Below, one piece after another: positions 57,788 to 64,000 of a DNA stretch of 64,000 nt. The stretch lies in the NCBI GenBank assembly GCA_965204755.1, contig OZ242011.1, forward strand, positions 1,600,001 through 1,664,000. Direction: 5' to 3'. The position numbers and the translations under genes are program-made. The stretch is from Candidatus Marinacidobacterium sp. (GTDB lineage: Bacteria; Acidobacteriota; Vicinamibacteria; Marinacidobacterales; Marinacidobacteraceae). The stretch's first letter is position 1. Every line of letters starts with the position of its first letter. Below the pieces are notes generated by a model that did not search any database, was not told the DNA's origin, and worked only from the letters and a program-made list of their open reading frames with translations.

Positions 57788-58413
57788 CCTGGCTGCTGCT
57801 TCCGCTCGCTTTCGCCGCCGGAATGGCGCTCCGCCTGTGGTTGCTCCACCGGTGGGCGGAAGGCGCGCTGCGACACGAGTCCTTCTCCGAGGCCGTGTTC
57901 CAGCGTTGGCGGGGACGACCCATGGGAATGGTGTTCTCCGTGGCTTCGGGTTTCGCCGAGGAGAAGGAATTCGGCGTCCTGCTGGACGAGGTCCGCGAGA
58001 CCGTTCGCCTCTCGTCGGGTTCCCGACCGGATGAGAGGATCGGCGAGGAGATCGGCTCGTTGCTGCGCCTCCGGAGAATCGTCGAGGAGGCGATCTCGCC
58101 GAAGGGCGTCGAGGACGGAAGCCGCGGACCGCGCGCCGTGGAACTCGGCGACTCGCGGTCGGCCCTGCTGCTGCCGATCTACGCGGCCGCCCTGCCGCTG
58201 GTCGGGATCGCCATGGCCGGCGTTTGGATCTTCGCCCATGTGATGCCCACTTCCTGGATCGCCGGAAGGCTGGAGAAGAACTACGGCATCGACGCCTCGA
58301 AGGTCGTGGGTCAGGTCGGAGGCGTCACCCTCATGTTGGCCGACGACGACGACGAAGACGAAGCGGAAGAAGACGAGGACGAAGAGACGCCGGCCCCGGA
58401 GGACGACCGATGA
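57784..58413 (+). CDS. Hypothetical membrane protein (2 TM segments, acidic tail)
   Basis: ATGA-coupled; MTWLLLPLAFAAGMALRLWLLHRW; second TM segment; DDDDEDEAEEDEDEE tail. Confidence 0.7.
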   Translation: MTWLLLPLAFAAGMALRLWLLHRWAEGALRHESFSEAVFQRWRGRPMGMVFSVASGFAEEKEFGVLLDEVRETVRLSSGSRPDERIGEEIGSLLRLRRIVEEAISPKGVEDGSRGPRAVELGDSRSALLLPIYAAALPLVGIAMAGVWIFAHVMPTSWIAGRLEKNYGIDASKVVGQVGGVTLMLADDDDEDEAEEDEDEETPAPEDDR

Positions 58414-58709
58414 TCTGGTTCGCGCTTCCGGTGGCGTTCCTCCTGGGAATGGACTGTTGCCGGTGGCTCCTTCACCGCCGGGTGGGGCTGCGGTTGCGCG
58501 CCGCCGCCTCTTCCGGGGGCGCCGCCGCCGACGGAGGCTTCGCCGCGGCGTTCTGCGACCGCCTCGCCGCCGCCGGGCTCGTCGAGGACATCTCCGCCGT
58601 CGCGGGACTCAGGAATCGCGAAGGACGCGCCGAGAGGATCCGCGCCCTGCGCCGCTTCGAGGAGAACTCGAAGACCGATCGCGGGCCGGGCGCCCCGACG
58701 ACTCCGTAG
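58410..58709 (+). CDS. Hypothetical membrane protein, short paralogue of the upstream gene
   Basis: ATGA-coupled; MIWFALPVAFLLGMDCCRWLLHRR aligns with the upstream N-terminus. Confidence 0.6.
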   Translation: MIWFALPVAFLLGMDCCRWLLHRRVGLRLRAAASSGGAAADGGFAAAFCDRLAAAGLVEDISAVAGLRNREGRAERIRALRRFEENSKTDRGPGAPTTP

Positions 58710-58747
58710 CGGCGGGCGCCCCGTTCAGGCCGCCCGCCGCGGCGGGT

Positions 58748-59269
58748 TCACCGCGGGCGGGTCGAGCGGTCGGCCCGATCGCGGAGCGGGTATCGCCGGC
58801 GATACCCGGCCATGGCGATTCCCGCGGCGACGCTCACATTCAGGGAGTTGAACATCCACCTCATGGGGATGTGGGCGAAGGAACCGCACACGGCGCGGGC
58901 CTCCGGGGACAACTCCCGCTCCGAACCCAGGACCAGGGCGGCTTTCTCCGGGAGGTCGAATACCGTCGGGCAGTCCGGGTTCGGGTCGAGGCCGATGACC
59001 TGCCAACCCTTCTCCTTCAGGGAGACCAGGTCCGCCAGGAGGCGGTCACTCGTCTCCACCGGATGATGGGTGAGCGCCCCGGCGGCGCACTTCCGCACGA
59101 CTTTCACGAACCTCCCGTCCCTCGAGAACAGGTCGGCCGCGGCGAGGACCCGGAAGTCGAAAGCGGCGGCGGACCGAAGGATGGCGCCCAGGTTGCCGGG
59201 CTGGCGAATCTCGGGCACGACGAGGATCGGATCCTCCGGTCGGTCGGGCGTCGAAAGGTGCGGGGCCAT
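58748..59269 (-). CDS. TrmH/SpoU-family RNA 2'-O-methyltransferase
   Basis: PGNLGAILRSAAAF, LVLGSE and IPMRWMFNSLNVSVAAGI SPOUT motifs; start uncertain. Confidence 0.85.
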   Translation of the reverse strand: MAPHLSTPDRPEDPILVVPEIRQPGNLGAILRSAAAFDFRVLAAADLFSRDGRFVKVVRKCAAGALTHHPVETSDRLLADLVSLKEKGWQVIGLDPNPDCPTVFDLPEKAALVLGSERELSPEARAVCGSFAHIPMRWMFNSLNVSVAAGIAMAGYRRRYPLRDRADRSTRPR

Positions 59270-59492
59270 CTGCGAGACCGAAGACCGTACGGTCGAACCC
59301 CGCCCGCGGGCGGTTCCTTCACCGGAAGCGCCGGCTCGTTCATCGGACGGATATCGAGGCGGGAAGAACACCCGGCGTTCGCCCCGGAAGAGGACGACGA
59401 AGACCCTCTTCGGTGAACGGACGGGGGCGTCCCGTTGGTTTCCTCGGTATCCGCGTCGAGAGGCGGCAGAATCGCTCGCCCGGGAAAAACCA

Positions 59493-59855
59493 ATGACTTC
59501 CGAACTCACGACCATCGGCCGCCTCCGACGATTCTTCGTCCGGATGTTCGGATTCCAGGAGGTGCTCGAACTCGTCGGCCCGCGCTGCCCTCGGTGCTAC
59601 TCGATCGATCCGGATCACGCCGCGCACGGGGATGGCGACACCGAATGGTGGAAGTGTCGGCGGTGCCGCCATCGGTTCAGCGGCCCGGTAGGCCCGTGCT
59701 GGATGGGAGAAGAAAACCTCGGCCCGCGCTGCCCCGAATGTTTCGCTGCCGATCCGTTTCACTGGGTGAACGGGACCGACTGGACTTGCGAGAAATGCGG
59801 CCACAACTGGGATGAAGGCCCGACTCTGGACGCGTTTCTCCGACCCGACAGTTGA
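59493..59855 (+). CDS. Small double zinc-ribbon protein
   Basis: GPRCPRC...WKCRRCRHRF and GPRCPEC...WTCEKCGHNW; alternative start at 59544. Confidence 0.65.
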   Translation: MTSELTTIGRLRRFFVRMFGFQEVLELVGPRCPRCYSIDPDHAAHGDGDTEWWKCRRCRHRFSGPVGPCWMGEENLGPRCPECFAADPFHWVNGTDWTCEKCGHNWDEGPTLDAFLRPDS

Positions 59856-59911
59856 CCGGGTGTCGTTCTCCGGAAATCCGGAAACGAAGTCTGCGTTACC
59901 CGCTCCGGGCG

Positions 59912-60130
59912 CACCTATACACGATTCGCGCCACCTATACACAATACGGGGCAGCTATACACAATTCCCGTCAGCTATACACAATTCCCGTCAGCTATAC
60001 ACAATTCCAGTCAGCTATACACAATTCCCCTCGGCTATACACAATTCGGCGGCAGCTATACACAATTCCGCGCCGGCTATACACAATTCGCTCGCACCTA
60101 TACACAATTCCGCGTCGGCCATACCCGGTC
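59912..60130. repeat. Direct-repeat array, block 1: 10 copies (plus 1 degenerate) of CTATACACAATTC at 20-21 bp period
   Basis: Cores at 59915, 59935, 59955, 59975, 59995, 60015, 60035, 60056, 60077 and 60098; degenerate copy at 60119. Confidence 0.96.
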
Positions 60131-60287
60131 GATCCTGTCCGTAAACGATCCGCCACTTCACCCTCAGGGCTCGTTTTCGGCCTTACGAGCCCCCGGAGGC
60201 GACATCCATGGGCGCACTTCGGTCGCCGGCGAGTACTTGCGCAGGGTTGCGCGCCGCGCCGCCGCGCCGCGCCCGACCGAACCCGGC

Positions 60288-60364
60288 CACCTATACACAA
60301 TTCCCGATGCAGCTATACACAATTCGCGCCGGCTATACACAATTCGGGCAGCTATACACAATTC
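60288..60364. repeat. Direct-repeat array, block 2: 4 perfect copies of CTATACACAATTC
   Basis: Cores at 60291, 60313, 60333 and 60352. Confidence 0.96.
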
Positions 60365-60471
60365 GCGCCGGCCTTCGCGGCGCCGAACGAGCCACTCCCG
60401 TCGCGTGGAAGAACGCTCGGCGCTCGCGCCGGACGACCGGCGGTCGGGCGCGTCGAGCCGGACCTGGATCG

Positions 60472-61140
60472 TCAGAGTATCGCGCCCCGGTATCCACACC
60501 CCATCCGCAACTTGAGGAGCAGTACCGTGCGACCGCCCGTGTCGACTTCCAACCCGTTCGGGTCGTCGAAGTCTTCTTCGAAGATCAAGCCGTTGGGGTC
60601 GGACAAGACCACGGCCGCATGGTCGGGGGTTCCCGCCAAGTTGGCCTGGACGAGTTCCGCCGGGTGGGTTCGATACCACGCCTCCTCGTCTTCAACGAGG
60701 AGGTTGAAGCGATTCAACCACAGGCAATCGAAGCGATACGCCGGTTCTTCGGCGCGGAAGGGAGTGAACACCAAGGCGCCGCAGGCCCCAAGGCTCCTTC
60801 GCTGGTTCCGACCCGGAGTCGTCTCGTTCACCGAGTCCAGTGCCCTTTTGAACCTGGACAACAGGTCGGGGCAGGCCCCGCCCCGTTCCTCGATTTCCGG
60901 GAAGATGCTCCACCTCTCCCGATTCTTTCCGAAGGACTTGATGTGGCGGATCGACTCGTCCCGAAAATCGTGGAGCCAGGAGCACTTCGCAGCGTCCGTC
61001 ACCGGCAGGAGGAGGCGATGCGTGTACTCCTCTCCCGTATACCGGATGATCTCGTCGGGGCGGAATCGAGGAACGAACGAAAGGCGATCGATTCCGTCGC
61101 GCCTGGGGTTGCGCGTGAAGACGGTGTCCAGGTGGATCAT
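60472..61140 (-). CDS. Hypothetical protein (222 aa, no recognised family)
   Basis: ATG with a GCAGG-like RBS, globular amino-acid composition, lower GC than the flanks. Confidence 0.65.
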   Translation of the reverse strand: MIHLDTVFTRNPRRDGIDRLSFVPRFRPDEIIRYTGEEYTHRLLLPVTDAAKCSWLHDFRDESIRHIKSFGKNRERWSIFPEIEERGGACPDLLSRFKRALDSVNETTPGRNQRRSLGACGALVFTPFRAEEPAYRFDCLWLNRFNLLVEDEEAWYRTHPAELVQANLAGTPDHAAVVLSDPNGLIFEEDFDDPNGLEVDTGGRTVLLLKLRMGCGYRGAIL

Positions 61141-61413
61141 GCGGGGACCTGCTCTGCGGTTTCGCTCGAGAGGGATCGAGGACGGGATGTCCTTCCCGGC
61201 CCCGGCGGCGTTGGTGTCGGTGGAGAGTGGTAGGCCCGACTGGACTTGAACCAGCGCCCTCCGGTTTATCAGACCGGCGATCTAACCTGCTGATCTACGG
61301 GCCTGACCGGAGACGGTAGCCCCGAATCCCGCCGGCGGGGGCGCGGTTCATCGGACGCGCCGGTTCGTTAATCGAAATGGATCGAGAGGGGATCGGCCCC
61401 CGGCTCGCTTCGC

Positions 61414-62595
61414 TCAGCCGGGAGGACGGAGGGGCAGGGCCGCGACGCGGGCGAGCGGGAGCGCGGTGATCCGGTCGCCCAGCGGATACTCGGCGTCCCC
61501 CGGATACACGACGAACAGGTGTTCGAGGTCGAGGTCCTTCGCCACCACATGCATGGACTTCGTGGTCTTCGGGGCGTCGGTGCACTGGAACTCGAAACCC
61601 CACCGGCGTCCGCGGCGAAACAGCAGCAGGTCGAGTTCCGCGCCGCGCTGCGTCCGGTAGTAGAACGCCCGGCGTTCGCCGTGGGCGGCCAGCGTCTGTT
61701 CGAGCGCGAACCCTTCCCAACTGGCGCCGTACCGCGGGTGGAGCGCCAGTTCCGCGAAGTCCTCGATCTCCAGCAGGTGGTGGAGGATGCCGCTGTCGCG
61801 GAAGTAAGTCTTCGGGGACTTCACCAGCCGCTTGCCCAGGTTCTCGAACCACGGCGGCAGCACCCGGAGCAGGAACGCGCCGGCGAGCAGGTCGCGGTAC
61901 CGATTCACGGCGGCCGGACGCGAGTCCACCGACCGGGCGAGTTCCGCCGCGTTCCAGGTCCGGCCGTGGTAGTGCGCCAGCATCCTCCACAGCCGCGAGA
62001 GCGCCGGCGCGGGCGGCGCGCCGGCGAGCAGCGGCAAGTCCCGCTCCACGAAGGTCGCGGTGAAGGTGTCCATCCACCGGGTCCAGGCGTCGTAGGAGTC
62101 CGCCAGGAAGGCGCGCGGGAAACCGCCCCGGAGCCAGAGACGCGTCAGCCGTTCGGGCCCCACTTCGCCGAGCGAAAGTCCACCGAGATTCACGAACAGG
62201 ATGCGTCCGGCGAGGCTCTCGGAAACCCCCCGCACGAGATCCGGCGAAGCGCTGCCGAGGACCAGGAACACCGCCCGGCGATCCGGATCGTCACAGACCG
62301 GGCGCAGCACCTCGAAGAGCGCCGGCAGCCGCTGGATCTCGTCGAGGACGACCAGCCCCTCCTGCTCTCGCAGGAGGCGGTCGGGGGTCGCGGTCAGCGC
62401 CTCGCGGTCGGCCGGACGCTCCAAGTCGAAGCGCGTCGTCGGGCCGTCCCAAGTCGCCGCGATTTCTCGCGCCAGCGTCGTCTTCCCCACCTGGCGCGCC
62501 CCGAGGAGCGCGGCCACCGGGCTCTCCGAGAGCGCCTGTCTCGTCGCGTCGAAGGGGGCCTCGCGACGGATCCGGTCGGATCGAGGTTGTTGCAT
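61414..62595 (-). CDS. AAA_14 ATPase with DUF4143 (wHTH and restriction-endonuclease-like C-terminus)
   Basis: GARQVGKTT, VLDEIQ, SESLAGRI, LWLRGGFP, KRLVKSPKTYFRDSG and YYRTQRGAELDL motifs. Confidence 0.93.
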   Translation of the reverse strand: MQQPRSDRIRREAPFDATRQALSESPVAALLGARQVGKTTLAREIAATWDGPTTRFDLERPADREALTATPDRLLREQEGLVVLDEIQRLPALFEVLRPVCDDPDRRAVFLVLGSASPDLVRGVSESLAGRILFVNLGGLSLGEVGPERLTRLWLRGGFPRAFLADSYDAWTRWMDTFTATFVERDLPLLAGAPPAPALSRLWRMLAHYHGRTWNAAELARSVDSRPAAVNRYRDLLAGAFLLRVLPPWFENLGKRLVKSPKTYFRDSGILHHLLEIEDFAELALHPRYGASWEGFALEQTLAAHGERRAFYYRTQRGAELDLLLFRRGRRWGFEFQCTDAPKTTKSMHVVAKDLDLEHLFVVYPGDAEYPLGDRITALPLARVAALPLRPPG

Positions 62596-62626
62596 ATCGG
62601 TCAGAACTCTGGTCGATATGCAACAA
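62587..62626. promoter_or_regulatory. 19-bp-arm inverted repeat overlapping the start of the DUF4143 ATPase (operator-like)
   Basis: TTGTTGCATATCGGTCAGA-AC-TCTGGTCGATATGCAACAA; 17/19 Watson-Crick pairs. Confidence 0.7.
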
Positions 62627-62688
62627 TAACGACCCGCTCACACGAACGCAAGACTCCACCCGCACCCCGACTCCGGGGCGCGCGGCCC

Positions 62689-64000
62689 CTACGGCGCGGG
62701 AGGAGGCGCGGAGTCGGCGGCGGGGGCGGGCTCGTCCACCCGGACGCCGCGCTGCGAACCCCGGGCGACGGCGATCCCGGCGGCCCACTTCTCCTCGTCG
62801 GTGCGCTCCTCCACGGTAGGCACATGGAACCAGTCGTTCTGCACCCGGTCGCGCCGCACATCCAGCACGCAGTAACCCCGGTGGTATCCCTCCCCGAACT
62901 TCATGTGCGGGTTCGCCGCCAACTGGTCCTCCACCGCCTGCGCCACCGCCGCTTCCGTTTCCAGCCGCCGCAGGAAGGAACTCGGCGAAGAGATCGCGGT
63001 CGTGACGAAGTCCACGCCGTACGACCCGGCGCCGGTATCCCGGTCGTAACCCGACAGCGGCGACCGCGGGAGGTCCATACCCCAGGACTGGTGGACATCG
63101 CCGGTCAGCACCACCAGGTCCCCGATGCGCTCGCGCTCCAGGAAGTCGAACAGCCGGTCGCGGCTCGCCCGGTAACCGTCCCACTGGTCCGGGTTCATCG
63201 GGCGCCCGTGTTCGTCCAGCATCGGCCCCATCATCACCTGCTGGCCGAGCACCGGCCAACGAACGCCGGCGGCCTTCAGGCCGGCGAGTTCGCCGTAGAG
63301 CCACCGCTCCTGTTCCGGCCCGAGCAGCGTCCGCGACGGGTGCGCCATCGCTTCCGTGTCACCCCACGCCGCCTGCCGCGACCGCCCGATCAGGCGCGTG
63401 TCGAGCATGATGAGGTCGAGGAGGCGGCCGAAGCGGAAACTGCGGTAAGTGCGCTGGCTCGGCCAGGGCTCCGGTTCGCGGATCGGCATCCACTCGAAGT
63501 AGGCGCGGACGGCGGCTTCGCGCCGGACGAACCAGTCGCCTTCTTCTTCCTCGACCTGGTGGTTCTGCGCGCCGTCGGTGTAGGCGTTGTTGGTGATCTC
63601 GTGGTCGTCCCAGACGCAGACGAACGGATGCTGCCGGTGGAGTTCCTGCAGGTCGGGGTCGGCCTTGTACTGGGCGTGCCGCGTCCGGTAGTCGGAGAGC
63701 GTGACGATCTCCCGGTTCGGCGTCGGGACCCGGTCGAAACGGCTGCCGTCGCCGTAGTCGCGGTTCGTGTACTCGTAGAGGTAGTCGCCGAGATGCAGCA
63801 CCGCGTCGAGGTCGTTGCGCTCGGCGATGCGCCGGTAGGCGTTGAAGTAGCCGAAGGGGAGGTTGGAACAGGAGGCGAACGCGAACCGCGCCTGTTCCGG
63901 GTCGCTCGGGAGCGTGCGCGTCCGCCCGACCGGGGAGCGCTCGCCGCCCGCCTCGAACCGGTAGTAGTAAACGGCGCCCGGCCGGAGTCCGGCGGCGACC
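62689..64000 (-). CDS. phoD: Alkaline phosphatase D family protein (5' end outside the window)
   Basis: FAFASCSN, LHLGDYLYE, VWDDHE, MLDTR, DQWDGY and LTGDVH motifs. Confidence 0.93.
   Translation of the reverse strand, partial: VAAGLRPGAVYYYRFEAGGERSPVGRTRTLPSDPEQARFAFASCSNLPFGYFNAYRRIAERNDLDAVLHLGDYLYEYTNRDYGDGSRFDRVPTPNREIVTLSDYRTRHAQYKADPDLQELHRQHPFVCVWDDHEITNNAYTDGAQNHQVEEEEGDWFVRREAAVRAYFEWMPIREPEPWPSQRTYRSFRFGRLLDLIMLDTRLIGRSRQAAWGDTEAMAHPSRTLLGPEQERWLYGELAGLKAAGVRWPVLGQQVMMGPMLDEHGRPMNPDQWDGYRASRDRLFDFLERERIGDLVVLTGDVHQSWGMDLPRSPLSGYDRDTGAGSYGVDFVTTAISSPSSFLRRLETEAAVAQAVEDQLAANPHMKFGEGYHRGYCVLDVRRDRVQNDWFHVPTVEERTDEEKWAAGIAVARGSQRGVRVDEPAPAADSAPPPAP

Noticed and set aside
59912-60364. 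CRISPR or TIGR array call
   Set aside because: The repeat is only 13-16 nt and the linkers 3-6 nt, too short for spacers. There is no alternating dual-repeat pattern, and no cas or Nop-domain gene is recognisable in the window.
59912-60364. Firm oriC call
   Set aside because: The cores are DnaA-box-like, but no dnaA/dnaN or AT-rich unwinding element is nearby, and GC skew could not be computed. Kept only as a hypothesis.
59852-61249. Plus-strand ORFs with LYTI/YTQF/IHNS peptide repeats
   Set aside because: The mostly 20-bp period cycles through reading frames, so the peptides are by-products of a DNA-level repeat; these ORFs also overlap a better minus-strand gene.

Overview
A 64-kb window of very GC-rich bacterial chromosome. 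By eye it is roughly 70% GC, and the gene content and ankyrin-rich proteins suggest an Acidobacteriota-like, possibly host-associated organism (inference). The core and metabolic genes are an SDR/aminotransferase/deacylase/2-hydroxyacid dehydrogenase operon, TolC-MFP-RND efflux, tRNA-Ser-dnaX-ybaB-recR-tRNA-Asn, a Gld-like ABC system, a GMC oxidoreductase pair, polyamine-type and cobalamin/iron-type ABC transporters, a cyclophilin, a TrmH-family methylase and phoD. Small accessory inserts lie between them: an MNT-HEPN locus split by a DNA methyltransferase, an orphan SPPY methyltransferase, a lower-GC Type III-like R-M pair, two tandem antitoxin-like ORFs and an AAA_14/DUF4143 ATPase. Four features are the least explained. 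(i) A 14-copy array of the AT-rich core CTATACACAATTC at 19-22 bp period (59912-60364), between a double zinc-ribbon gene and an orphan gene. (ii) A 9-unit, ~33-bp-period hairpin/C7 array directly after the R-M pair (37875-38172). (iii) A translationally coupled four-gene operon encoding a triple-AAA+ ATPase, a giant ankyrin protein and two paralogous membrane proteins (51327-58709). (iv) An SDR + double-aminotransferase read-through ORF at the left edge. All calls come from reading the sequence and motifs by eye; no searches were run.
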